From NCBI GenBank assembly GCA_038208355.1, contig JBBQYU010000001.1:1-60339 (forward strand): a DNA stretch of 60,339 nucleotides, in the 5' to 3' direction. Within the stretch, counting starts at the first letter, position 1. Every line of letters begins with the position of its first letter. The DNA comes from Candidatus Moraniibacteriota bacterium. Lineage in GTDB: Bacteria; Patescibacteriota; Minisyncoccia; Moranbacterales; UBA1568. The translations under genes were made by a program, and so were the position numbers. Below, piece by piece: positions 1-8,728 of the stretch. A model generated the notes under the pieces. That model saw only the letters and a list, made by a program, of their open reading frames with translations. It was not told where the DNA came from and did not search any database.

Positions 1-448
1 AAAACCCCCCACGTCCATTACCCACAGTGAGCGGTCCAGTCGGATTGGCTGAGATAAATTCGTTGTTCACCTTTACGCCCCTACCGAGAATGCTCCCACC
101 AAAATCTTTCCTAGTCTTCAAAATCTCCACTACCACCGCCACTAGATTTTCCTGGGACAAATAAAAATTCAAATGGCCCGGCTTGACCACTTCTACTTTT
201 TCAAATACTTTTTTATCTCCCGCAGATCCGAGATTCGATATTCGAGATCCGATCGCTTCCGCAATTTCCATCGGACTTTTCCTGGCCAGCTTTGAGACCA
301 TCAAAGCAATATTCGATGTATACTCTCCAAATTGTTCATCTTTCGGTCGCTCCACCCGAATTTCAGGCAACACAAATTGAGGCAGCTCCCCCGCCTCTTG
401 AAGCCCTTCTATCGCCTCTCGTATTTTCTGCGCCAAAATTTCCTTCAT
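1..448 (-). CDS. argS: arginyl-tRNA synthetase, N-terminal part (gene continues past window edge)
   Basis: Own minus-strand translation from ATG 448-446: MKEILAQKIREAIEGLQEAGELPQF...VVKPGHLNFYL...VNNEFISANPTGPLTVGNGRGG. This is an ArgS N-terminal add-on domain plus the class I HIGH-region context. Absent from the ORF track because there is no stop in the window. Confidence 0.85.
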   Translation of the reverse strand, partial: MKEILAQKIREAIEGLQEAGELPQFVLPEIRVERPKDEQFGEYTSNIALMVSKLARKSPMEIAEAIGSRISNLGSAGDKKVFEKVEVVKPGHLNFYLSQENLVAVVVEILKTRKDFGGSILGRGVKVNNEFISANPTGPLTVGNGRGGF

Positions 449-552
449 ACTCCCTATCGTAGTCGAAAAAAACCAAAAAGGAAAGTTCCCTTACTCCGTC
501 TCTCGTTGCCTTTGTAAGTGAGCGCGAAAACCACGACCGCTGATTTCGTACT

Positions 553-594
553 GTGTAAAAAAGAAAAAGCCGAGCGCCCCAATGGGCGCTCGGC
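553..594 (-). terminator. intrinsic-terminator-like hairpin in the argS leader / divergent intergenic region
   Basis: GCCGAGCGCCC-CAAT-GGGCGCTCGGC (569-594), an 11-bp GC stem. On the minus strand it is followed by TTTTTCTTTTTT (568-553). No upstream minus-strand gene exists for it to terminate. Confidence 0.5.
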
Positions 595-721
595 AGTTTT
601 GGGCGCCGAAACGGCTTAGACCATTTCCGCATCTTTGGCGTAGAATACAAATAAGCAACACTTGAAACTCCGGTAAAATAGGTGCGTGGTCAACATAGAA
701 ACTTGCTTATTTGAGCCAAAT

Positions 722-1195
722 ATGGGAAAGTACGGGTGCCACAAGCCTATGAAAACCATTGCCAGGAACAAACGCGCCACTTTTGACTATGCCCTGGAGG
801 GACGCTTCGAGGCCGGTTTGGTATTAACCGGGTCTGAAGTAAAAAGCGTCAAAACAGGCCATGCCAGCCTCAAAGGTGCCTTTGTGACCGTCAAAGGGAG
901 TGAACTCTACCTGACCAACGCTCTCATCCCCCGCTACGCCCACGCCCACCGCGATACCAAGCACGACGATAGCAGACCCCGAAAGCTCCTGTTGCGCAAA
1001 CGAGAAATCGGCTCTCTCATAGGAAAATACCGTACGGAAGGCTTGACACTCGTCCCTATTCGGTTGTATACTAAGAAGCAACTTGTCAAGCTGGAGTTTG
1101 CGATTGGTAAAGGTAAGAAAGAATACGACCGTCGCGCTGATATTGGCTCGCGTGAAGCCAAGCGCCGCATCGAGCGCGCCATGCGCTCCCATTAA
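722..1195 (+). CDS. smpB: SsrA-binding protein SmpB
   Basis: MGKYGCHKPMKTIARNKRATFDYALEGRFEAGLVLTGSEVKSVK... is collinear with E. coli SmpB (..[28 protein letters not shown].EVKS). The ORF opens at 686 (GTG). ATG 722 is preferred by N-terminal alignment; 749 is also possible. Confidence 0.9.
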   Translation: MGKYGCHKPMKTIARNKRATFDYALEGRFEAGLVLTGSEVKSVKTGHASLKGAFVTVKGSELYLTNALIPRYAHAHRDTKHDDSRPRKLLLRKREIGSLIGKYRTEGLTLVPIRLYTKKQLVKLEFAIGKGKKEYDRRADIGSREAKRRIERAMRSH

Positions 1196-1276
1196 AAAAT
1201 GATTTAGACTACTGCGCACGGTGTGTTTGCAAGAGTATGGGGGTCCGCCCCACGTCTCTTGTCAAGCAAGCGGTAC

Positions 1277-1678
1277 GGGGTTGTTTAGATTCGACAGGCT
1301 GTACTTTCAAAATAGGCAAGCCGACCTTGAGGAGATGGTCGTAAATATCCTTCTCACGATGATAAATGCAAACTTCATCACCAAGGCAAAGAACGTATTA
1401 GCGCAAGCTTTTGCTCCTTCTTTCGCTCTCGCACTCGCTTAATTGTGAGTCGCCATCGGACTCTTGATTCTCGATAAAGAATCTCCGGTGTCATATTATC
1501 GAGACGTGACCAGAGCATTTCTTTTTCTTTACCCTCTGTGATCGTATTGCCAAAGAAAAGAATGTCCGCAGATTTTGTCTGCTTTCTACTTCGGACATTT
1601 ATACAAAGCCGACTACGCTTGTAGAATATTTTGAAAAAACTGCTCTGGACATGGGTGCAATTCCCATCAACTCCACCA
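1277..1678 (+). ncRNA. ssrA: tmRNA (SsrA), about 402 nt
   Basis: 5' GGGGTTG pairs with 3' CAACTCC-ACCA, giving a 7-bp acceptor stem with G3:U70 and a CCA end. GATTCGACAGG motif at 1288-1298. T-arm ATGGG-TGCAATT-CCCAT. Tag frame 1368-1442: GCA resume codon, ANFITKAKNVLAQAFAPSFALALA, stop. Sits directly after smpB. Confidence 0.88.
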
Positions 1679-1697
1679 TTTTTTAAATAAGAAAAAA

Positions 1698-2246
1698 GTG
1701 AGACGAAGACGCCACAATCGACCAAAACCAAAAGTGCAGCTTAAAGAACATCTGCGCACCAATGAGAAGATTCTCGCTCCTCAAGTGATGGTTATTGACC
1801 TTGATGGTGAGAATCGCGGTGTGATGGAGACAGCTGCTGCTATTCTACTCGCGCAAGGACAAGAAGCAGATCTCGTTGAGGTTTCGCCATTGGCCAAGCC
1901 GCCGGTCTGCAAGATCACCGACTACGGAAAGCTCCAGTATCGTCAGGCCAAGCAGGAACAACAGCAAAAGGCCAAACAGAAAAAAGTCGAGACCAAGGGT
2001 ATTCGCATCGGCTTCCGTACTGACAAACATGACCTGCTCTTCAAAAAGACCCAGGCAGAAAAGTTTCTCACCAAAGGCAATAAGGTCCGCCTCGAAATAG
2101 TTCTCCGCGGACGAGAGAAGGCCATGCAAGAAAAAGCCAAAGAAAACCTTCTGGAATTCATCAAAAGTATCACCACTCCCCATCGTTTTGAAGAAGAAGT
2201 AAAGCGCGGACCGATGGGCTTCAACGCCCTCATCGTTCCCGAATAA
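1698..2246 (+). CDS. infC: translation initiation factor IF-3
   Basis: RTNEKILAPQVMVIDLDGENRGVMETAAAILLAQGQEADLVEVSPLAKPPVCKITDYGKLQY matches the IF-3 N- and C-domain pattern. GTG start. Canonical infC-rpmI-rplT order. Confidence 0.9.
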   Translation: MRRRRHNRPKPKVQLKEHLRTNEKILAPQVMVIDLDGENRGVMETAAAILLAQGQEADLVEVSPLAKPPVCKITDYGKLQYRQAKQEQQQKAKQKKVETKGIRIGFRTDKHDLLFKKTQAEKFLTKGNKVRLEIVLRGREKAMQEKAKENLLEFIKSITTPHRFEEEVKRGPMGFNALIVPE

Positions 2247-2268
2247 CCCTCACTATAAAGTCAATCGT

Positions 2269-2469
2269 ATGCCAAAGATGAAAACCAGGAAATCTATTTC
2301 CAAAAAAGTGAAAGTGACAGGTACCGGCAAATTGTTGCGCCGCTCCACCGGTCACAATCACTACAATTCTCGTGACACCGGTGCTGATACTCGCGCCAAG
2401 CGCAAGGACCAGGGTATTTTCAAGACCGAAGAACAAAACATCAAGAAGGCTATGCCATATGCCATCTAA
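2269..2469 (+). CDS. rpmI: 50S ribosomal protein L35
   Basis: MPKMKTRKSISKKVKVTGTGKLLRRSTGHNH is the typical L35 N-terminus; 66 aa. Confidence 0.92.
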   Translation: MPKMKTRKSISKKVKVTGTGKLLRRSTGHNHYNSRDTGADTRAKRKDQGIFKTEEQNIKKAMPYAI

Positions 2470-2504
2470 ACACCAGTAGTGTAATTCCATTTTAAAAGAA
2501 TCGT

Positions 2505-2849
2505 ATGACGAGAGTAAAGCGCGGCGTAATGACAAAAAAGCGCCATAAGAATGTCCTCCAAGCAGCCAAAGGCTTCCGTTGGGGACGCAAGAACCTGTTT
2601 ACCAAGGCCAAGGAAGCGGTGATTAAGGCTGGCAAATACGCCCACCGTGACCGGCGTGCTAAGAAGCGCTCGTTCCGTAGTCTGTGGATTACCCGCCTCA
2701 ATACCGCACTCCGCCTGCACGGTATCACCTATCGGGCCTTCATTGCCCTGGAAACAGATCGCAATATTGCCTTGGACCGCAAAGTGCTTTCTCAGCTGGC
2801 CGTTGAGAATCCAGAAACCTTTAAAACTTTCCTCGAGAAGGTACGCTAA
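2505..2849 (+). CDS. rplT: 50S ribosomal protein L20
   Basis: MTRVKRGVMTKKRHKNVLQAAKGFRWGRKNLFTKAKEAV is the L20 signature; 114 aa. Confidence 0.92.
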   Translation: MTRVKRGVMTKKRHKNVLQAAKGFRWGRKNLFTKAKEAVIKAGKYAHRDRRAKKRSFRSLWITRLNTALRLHGITYRAFIALETDRNIALDRKVLSQLAVENPETFKTFLEKVR

Positions 2850-2867
2850 AGCAGAACTCCTCGTCAT

Positions 2868-2900
2868 CAGAAAACCCGCCCTTTTAAGGCGGGTTTTCTG
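2868..2900 (+). terminator. rho-independent terminator of infC-rpmI-rplT
   Basis: CAGAAAACCCGCC-CTTTTAA-GGCGGGTTTTCTG, a perfect 13-bp stem containing a T-run. Confidence 0.8.
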
Positions 2901-2916
2901 TATCTCAAAAAGATCC

Positions 2917-3327
2917 TTACTTTTTGAACGCGTTTTTCTGTTTCAACACCCACAGCAGACTGGCCATCAAAAGAATCCCCAGCCCATCAATCCCAACATC
3001 TGTAATTTTCGCCCCGCGATTGAGGACAAAAAACTGATGCAATTCATCGGTAGCTGCATAAGCCAGTGAAAAAATCCCCGCCAACAGCATCCATCTTTCA
3101 AAGGTATCTCGGACAAAAAAATGTTTCACCCACCGAAAGGCCAATAGCATGAGCAGGGCGTATTCGAATACATGAGCGCTTTTCCGTTCGATAAAATACC
3201 AAAGCGGCGGATTGGCGGTTGTAGTCTGACTGGCCAGGGAAGAAAAAAAGAAAATCACCCCCATCCAAAAAAGAAGAGTGGCGCTGGAAAAAAATATGAG
3301 CGAAAATGAAGCAGGTTTGGAAGGCAT
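2917..3327 (-). CDS. VanZ-like membrane protein
   Basis: Four TM segments. ERKSAHVFEYALLMLL and ATDELHQFFVLNRGAKITDVGIDGLG match the VanZ family motifs (DK..H...Y ... DE..Q.F...R.....D). Confidence 0.7.
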   Translation of the reverse strand: MPSKPASFSLIFFSSATLLFWMGVIFFFSSLASQTTTANPPLWYFIERKSAHVFEYALLMLLAFRWVKHFFVRDTFERWMLLAGIFSLAYAATDELHQFFVLNRGAKITDVGIDGLGILLMASLLWVLKQKNAFKK

Positions 3328-3446
3328 AGTGACGTACTATTTCTTTTTTCTTTCGCCAAATTCTTCTATTAAATGAAAGAGTGCATAAAAGGGCAGCCAC
3401 AGCCAAGAAATTTTCCGCAAGAAATTATCAAGTGATGAGTTCAAAT

Positions 3447-4172
3447 TCATATCTTTGGTTCCTTACTATGTGAGTGAGCTATTTCATAGATAACGTCTTT
3501 TTTCTCGACTACGATCTGCCATCCGTTTTTTTCCGCCTCAGCCCTAAGACTCTCATTGGGATTGAAGGCAATAGGATGCTCCACCAGCTTCAAAAAACTA
3601 CTGTCCGATCCCGTATCACCGATACCATAAGAACCAGCCAAAGACAGCTTATGCTCATAAAGGTACTGTTCTACCAGATGTCCCTTGTTGATAGAGGGCT
3701 CAAAGGTTGCTACTCCGGTATACACTCCTGCCTCATCCACCTCATAGATACTCCCGAATACGGCATCAAACTTCAGATAGTGCCGATTATATTCCTCCAC
3801 TACTTCTAGAGGAGACCCAGAAATAACCAGCATGCAATAATTTTCTTCTCGTAGTTTTTTCATCAAACGTTCGGCGAAGATATAAGTGCGCTTGGCATGA
3901 AAGGGCACCAAAATCTTGCTGGCCCTAATTACGTCCTCCCTGGTACATCCCTTGATATGCTCTGCATAGAGCCGTACCAAGGCCTTACGGTAGTCCTCAT
4001 AGGTGCCCTCATGCTTCAGCCAATTCGTGTAGACCTTGGCCAGTTCGTTACGCGCCTCATGAGGAAATACCTTCATCCACGTCAATTCGTTGATGAGTTC
4101 AAAATGAAGGTTCTTTCGGAAAATAGTTCCGTCAATATCGAAAATCGCCAGTTTGTTTTTCTTTTTTGCCAT
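3447..4172 (-). CDS. HAD-superfamily (subfamily IB-like) hydrolase
   Basis: Motif I AIFDIDGTIF, motif IV GIGDTGSD, with a cap domain between them. Confidence 0.75.
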   Translation of the reverse strand: MAKKKNKLAIFDIDGTIFRKNLHFELINELTWMKVFPHEARNELAKVYTNWLKHEGTYEDYRKALVRLYAEHIKGCTREDVIRASKILVPFHAKRTYIFAERLMKKLREENYCMLVISGSPLEVVEEYNRHYLKFDAVFGSIYEVDEAGVYTGVATFEPSINKGHLVEQYLYEHKLSLAGSYGIGDTGSDSSFLKLVEHPIAFNPNESLRAEAEKNGWQIVVEKKDVIYEIAHSHSKEPKI

Positions 4173-4192
4173 CAGAGTATATCAAGAATTCT

Positions 4193-4714
4193 TTACTGCC
4201 CCTCTATTCCTATTGTAGCGATAATCTGGTACAACGCAATGCCACAGGCTACCGAAACGTTGAGGGAATTTTTCTTCCCATACATTGGGATTTCCAGTAT
4301 AGCATCCACGCGCTTGAGAATCTTGCGATCCAGCCCCCGCACTTCGTTACCCACAATAAGAGCAATCTTACTAGGCGCTCGATACTGCCGATAGGACATA
4401 CTGGAAGTATCCTGCTCAAGCGCTACCACCGCGAATCCCGCTGCCTGTAATTGAACAAGAGCCTTACCAATAGATGGTTCTTTCTCCCACGAAACGCTAT
4501 CCTCGGCGCCCAGGGCTGTTTTCTGAAACGCCTTGTCGGCGTCAGAAAGATACAGCGCACCTTTCTTGGGTGGCACCGGCGTATAGCCGGTCAAGATGAT
4601 TTTCTCCACCCCGGCACCGTCCGCCGTCCGGAACATAGACCCGACATTATGAGCACTACGGATGTTATGCAGTATCAACACACATGACGTTTTTTCCTTA
4701 TCTTTCATGATCAT
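4193..4714 (-). CDS. SpoU/TrmH-family RNA 2'-O-methyltransferase
   Basis: NIRSAHNVGSMFRTADGAG, LIVGNEVRGL and IPMYGKKNSLNVSVACGIALY are the three SPOUT motifs. Confidence 0.85.
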   Translation of the reverse strand: MIMKDKEKTSCVLILHNIRSAHNVGSMFRTADGAGVEKIILTGYTPVPPKKGALYLSDADKAFQKTALGAEDSVSWEKEPSIGKALVQLQAAGFAVVALEQDTSSMSYRQYRAPSKIALIVGNEVRGLDRKILKRVDAILEIPMYGKKNSLNVSVACGIALYQIIATIGIEGQ

Positions 4715-5723
4715 GGAACAATTGTTTCCCTGTTTCCCAAACGGCCGGGTAATCCTGCTTCACTTTCAGCCAATACCACCACTCCCCGCCCCACAGATAC
4801 ACTTCCGGAAATCCCACCTGCTTGGCATACGCCACGTTGTTACGCAGTTTATTTTCATTCATAGTAAGAAATTGCTCGGAAAGCGGGATGTTGACAATCC
4901 ATCCACTCGCCCAAGGCTCCGCCTGCAGCTCAATCACCATCAGATGATTCTGTTTGGCAAAGGTCCGTACCAACCAGCCCTTGGCCCGGAAAAAATTCGG
5001 ACCGATGGGATAAGTGAAGTAGCCCCCTACTTTTTTGCTATAAATATCACGATAGAGCGTTGTCCCGAATTCATCTCCGCGACTAGCCGCCCCATACCAC
5101 AGCGAAAGTTCTCCGCTATCGGTCAAGAGCACTGGCCGTGACGGATCGAGTGCCTTCACTAGGGCCACTTCTTGCTCGAGGAAAGAAACGTCAAAGGCTG
5201 GACAAATCCCAAACGGCAGAAAGGGCTCGTTCTCGACCTGCCACTTGATAACGGCTGTGTCCTGCTTGTACCGCTCGACTGTCTTGGTCATAAAATGAAG
5301 TATGCCCTGATGACGAACGTCATCATCCTTCTCCGCCCACTCTGGGATATGACATTCCGGCCACCGGGGCACCTTCTGGCCGATAGTAAGAATCACTTCT
5401 ACCTGACGCTTCCTAGCCTCTTCTAGCTGCCAATCGAGATCGGCATAATCATATGACCCCCGGTCCTTTTCCACCAAATCCCAATACACAGGCAGGCGCA
5501 TTTTTTTAACCCCGACATCATCGAGCAGGGCCAGATAGGTCTCCTTCCAATCCAAACCCAAATCAGTAGCATAGCGAGAAGAAAAAGTCATTCCCAAGGC
5601 GACGTCTTCGCGAGGAGCGGGGCCGGGCAAATTGAAATACCCAAAAAGCAACAAGAGACTGACCAAAACACCCAGAACCGTCCAGCCGATAATTTTCAAA
5701 AGCCTTTTCCAGTTCAAATGCAT
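4698..5723 (-). CDS. membrane-anchored clan GH-A (TIM-barrel) glycoside hydrolase-like protein
   Basis: N-terminal TM anchor. WQVENEPF (NEP acid/base motif) and ELQAEPW (candidate nucleophile Glu) are spaced about 110 aa apart. Family not assignable by eye. Confidence 0.55.
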   Translation of the reverse strand: MHLNWKRLLKIIGWTVLGVLVSLLLLFGYFNLPGPAPREDVALGMTFSSRYATDLGLDWKETYLALLDDVGVKKMRLPVYWDLVEKDRGSYDYADLDWQLEEARKRQVEVILTIGQKVPRWPECHIPEWAEKDDDVRHQGILHFMTKTVERYKQDTAVIKWQVENEPFLPFGICPAFDVSFLEQEVALVKALDPSRPVLLTDSGELSLWYGAASRGDEFGTTLYRDIYSKKVGGYFTYPIGPNFFRAKGWLVRTFAKQNHLMVIELQAEPWASGWIVNIPLSEQFLTMNENKLRNNVAYAKQVGFPEVYLWGGEWWYWLKVKQDYPAVWETGKQLFHDHER

Positions 5724-5725
5724 AA

Positions 5726-6664
5726 TTATACCAATAAAAGTTTAATACCACTCATCGTCATGAGCCACAACCCGATACCAATCAAGACTACAGCCCCAGC
5801 CTTTTGAAACCAGTCCCAGAAAGAAAGTTTTTCTCCGTACGTCTGCGGATACCGCATCGCCAAAGGAAAGGCTAAAGCCAGAATAAAGACATACTGCATA
5901 CCACTCAATGCCTGAACAAAAGAGACCGAACCAAGGTAGGTAGCGTAAGCGATAAGAAAGGCCGCCACTCCGGCGCATATCTTATTGATAACAAAAAAGA
6001 GACCGGTGCTGGTAGCCTTTCCAGGTTTGGTGGAAAAATGAGTGAACTGACCCATGATTTGCTGTCGATACAAAGGAATAACAAAAAAACTCATCCCAGC
6101 CAGGAACATGCCCACCCGGGACCAGACCAGACCACTGATAAAATTAGCCTCCTGATACCCCTGCTTCAGAAGAATCATCGAGATGCCCATAGCAACACCC
6201 GCTGCCAAAATCAGTTTGGGAATATTTTCTCCGGCCCGCAAAGGCAAATCGAAAGAAATAAGCAGTCCACCCCCGATGAGAAGAAACAGGGCCAGAACAG
6301 ACGGTAGACTCAGTACATTACCATCCACATTGCCCGGCAAGAAAACGGCGATAAAAGCCACGAGCGAAACGACTGTGCCCAAAAGCGGCGCTACCCGAGA
6401 AATTTCATGGCTTTTGACCGCATAGTAAAATGCCACCAAACCATACACGAACAACATACCCGAAAGAAGAAACACCCCAACATTAGCCCAAGGAGTCAAC
6501 ACAAATCCGAAAGGAATGAAAAAAAGCGTAAAGAGACTAAAGAGAGAAACAAAAAAAGCATACACGGCCGGCGCGGGTATCCGATCAGATAACAGAAACT
6601 TATCAAAGAGTGCCGCCACGGCATTAAAGAAATATCCTAAAAGCGCTACCAAGGCCCATGTCAT
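5726..6664 (-). CDS. polytopic membrane protein, DMT/EamA-like (about 10 TM)
   Basis: Two 5-TM halves throughout. Start moved to ATG 6664 (MTWALVALLGYFF). The ORF is open to 6763. Confidence 0.45.
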   Translation of the reverse strand: MTWALVALLGYFFNAVAALFDKFLLSDRIPAPAVYAFFVSLFSLFTLFFIPFGFVLTPWANVGVFLLSGMLFVYGLVAFYYAVKSHEISRVAPLLGTVVSLVAFIAVFLPGNVDGNVLSLPSVLALFLLIGGGLLISFDLPLRAGENIPKLILAAGVAMGISMILLKQGYQEANFISGLVWSRVGMFLAGMSFFVIPLYRQQIMGQFTHFSTKPGKATSTGLFFVINKICAGVAAFLIAYATYLGSVSFVQALSGMQYVFILALAFPLAMRYPQTYGEKLSFWDWFQKAGAVVLIGIGLWLMTMSGIKLLLV

Positions 6665-6779
6665 ACGTTCGATTTTAGTTTTTAGTCTATATCTATTTCC
6701 CCCTCCATTATACCTGAAAATCCTGCTGCCGTCTGCACAAAACACAAAAAAACCCTCCACCAAGGAGGGTCTTCAACGC

Positions 6780-7514
6780 TTACTTTTGTGCAATCTTCTG
6801 ATAGTATATATCGACATCACTAATCCACTTGCGGACACTCTCCGGACTGTGAGTAGCACAGCTTGATCCGCACTTCCAAATAATCATGTCAGCAGGCTCG
6901 CTCCCCCGGATGTCTACCAAAGTAGCCAGGCGATTGCCAATGGCGGTCACCGCTTCTTCCGGACTACCGAAACAGCCATGCCCCATGGCGGTACCACGAC
7001 TGCCAGCGCCTTTGTAGCCCCAGTAGTTGAAACAGTCAGCACCATCAGGTGAACGAGGTACCCGCTTGCCCCAATTACTTTCCTTTTTCGCGATTCCCAC
7101 AATCAAGGCCGCCACTTCACGGTCATATTGAGCAATGGCCGGTGCCATCACCTCCAAAGGATAACCCGAAACCAGGGTGCGGATTGTGGTGTCCAGCTCA
7201 TTATGTGACTGAGCTCCCTTTGTCTTCGCCAGTGAGGCCAGCTCCTCTTTGGAACAAGGTGCCTCCGCTTCAAAGGCCTGAGTGCCCTTTTTCTCAACAT
7301 CATTCATCAAAGAAAAGTCTTTCTGCCAGCGGCAGCGCTCTTCAGCATTCTCCTCTACGGCTACCGGCAATGGTTTCCCAGGTACTTGACCATTCAAAAA
7401 GGAATCAAGCTGTATCGTCGGGAGGGCCGGAAAGACCGTCAGAAAACCTAATGAAAGAAAGGTAAAACGAAAAAATCCCCCTTTCGAACTCGCCTTCTTT
7501 ACAACATTTCTCAT
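6780..7514 (-). CDS. secreted Cys-rich lysozyme/SLT-like domain protein, paralog A
   Basis: Signal/TM segment, then GIAKKESNWGKRVP..DCFNYWGYKGAGSRGTAMGHGCFGSPEEAV...WKCGSSCATHSPESVRKWISDVDIYYQKI. ATG 7514 has a GAGAGG SD; the ORF is open to 7550. Confidence 0.6.
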   Translation of the reverse strand: MRNVVKKASSKGGFFRFTFLSLGFLTVFPALPTIQLDSFLNGQVPGKPLPVAVEENAEERCRWQKDFSLMNDVEKKGTQAFEAEAPCSKEELASLAKTKGAQSHNELDTTIRTLVSGYPLEVMAPAIAQYDREVAALIVGIAKKESNWGKRVPRSPDGADCFNYWGYKGAGSRGTAMGHGCFGSPEEAVTAIGNRLATLVDIRGSEPADMIIWKCGSSCATHSPESVRKWISDVDIYYQKIAQK

Positions 7515-7686
7515 AGAATGCCTCTCGCTATAAATGAGTCCTGATAGCATGGTTTCGCTAAACCCGAAACGGGCTAAAAAGACTTTAAAAACGCAAGTCT
7601 AAATATAGCAAATTTTCACTCCGGCGTCAATAAGAAAAAGTAGCTTTTTTGATAAAAATACCTTTTATAAAGCAAAAAAACTCTTT

Positions 7687-7713
7687 TTAAAAAAGAGTTT
7701 TTTAGAAAAAATC
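7687..7713 (-). terminator. AT-rich hairpin terminator after paralog B
   Basis: AAACTCTTTT-TAAA-AAAGAGTTT flanked by A/T runs on both sides (bidirectional form). Confidence 0.55.
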
Positions 7714-7726
7714 AAGTCAAGTCACC

Positions 7727-8695
7727 CTATTCGTCGCTTAACTGAGAAAAATACATATCGACGTCACTAATCCACTTTTTCACGCTCTCACGACTGTGAC
7801 CCTGACAGCTGAAACCACACTTCCACACAATCATTTTCTCAGGGGTATCCAATTTTTCGGAATTAGCCAGCGTTGAGATACGCTTTGCCACTGTTTCTAC
7901 CGCGTCTTTGCGGCTATTGAAACAGGTATGTCCACCAGAGCCCATCATCCGCCGAATCCCGCGATAACCCCAATAGTTGAAACAATCCTGTCCATCAAGG
8001 ACTGGGATGCGCTTGCCCCAATTACTTTCCTTTTTCGCAATACCGATCAAAAAGGCCGCCGTCAGCCGGTCTTGTTCAAAAATATAGGGTAACATCGATT
8101 CGATGGGGTAGCCCTTGACCATCTCCCCGATATTCTTCTCATACTGCTCCTTGGTCACCTCACCAAAGTATTCGAAAAAAACGTCCTGTTCCGGATCGTA
8201 TCCAGCATTAGCCAGTGTGTCAGACGATGCCGGCCCGGTCACCATGGGCGCCCCAATCGTTTGATTCACCACCAAAGAGTTATCCGACTGAGCAAAGACT
8301 CCGGCGCCGAGAAAATGAGCGATAAAGGCCATACTCACCATCCCAAAGGCAATCCCACCCATAATGGACCCATAGACCATTTTCTGGGGAGTAGTCTCCG
8401 GCGTAATACTTCTCAAAAAACGTCTCATCCGTCGAAAATAGAGCTGTCCTTTCCGAAAAGAGCGCTTCAGGCTGTCACCCAAAGACTGCTCCTTCAAAAG
8501 CATGAGAAAAGAATGGCGGTCCCGACCAACTCCATCAAGGTTTTTTTTCGCTGGAGTAGCGCTGGGAACAAAAGACGCGGCCCGCGAATAAACGGCCGGC
8601 CTAAAACAAGCTGCCTTCGCGGACACGATATCTAGCGCCGGCTGTTTTCTCTTGACCGCCGAAAGAGGCTGGTACTGAAAAGGAGATGATGACAT
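7727..8695 (-). CDS. membrane-anchored Cys-rich lysozyme/SLT-like domain protein, paralog B
   Basis: Central TM (GSIMGGIAFGMVSMAFIAHFLGAGVF), then GIAKKESNWGKRIP..DCFNYWGYRG...GHTCFNSRKDAV...WKCGFSCQGHSRESVKKWISDVDMYFSQL. Confidence 0.6.
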   Translation of the reverse strand: MSSSPFQYQPLSAVKRKQPALDIVSAKAACFRPAVYSRAASFVPSATPAKKNLDGVGRDRHSFLMLLKEQSLGDSLKRSFRKGQLYFRRMRRFLRSITPETTPQKMVYGSIMGGIAFGMVSMAFIAHFLGAGVFAQSDNSLVVNQTIGAPMVTGPASSDTLANAGYDPEQDVFFEYFGEVTKEQYEKNIGEMVKGYPIESMLPYIFEQDRLTAAFLIGIAKKESNWGKRIPVLDGQDCFNYWGYRGIRRMMGSGGHTCFNSRKDAVETVAKRISTLANSEKLDTPEKMIVWKCGFSCQGHSRESVKKWISDVDMYFSQLSDE

Positions 8696-8728
8696 GCAGA
8701 CAAAAAATTTTTATTAATACGATTTCTT

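Noticed and set aside
363-650. 95-aa minus-strand ORF
   Set aside because: Its 3' end overlaps the argS N-terminal codons out of frame. Upstream it runs through the argS leader and the terminator hairpin. Arg/Ser/Phe-rich composition and no motif.
449-700. Possible T-box riboswitch upstream of argS
   Set aside because: Only a weak resemblance (GGTCGTGGTTTTCGCG vs the T-box GGGTGGTACCGCG), and it lies downstream of the terminator, not within an antiterminator. The leader is too short for the stem I/specifier architecture.
1221-1731. ORFs 1221-1442 (+) and 1378-1731 (-)
   Set aside because: Both lie inside or antisense to the tmRNA gene. Only the last 24 codons of the plus ORF (the tag) are meaningful.
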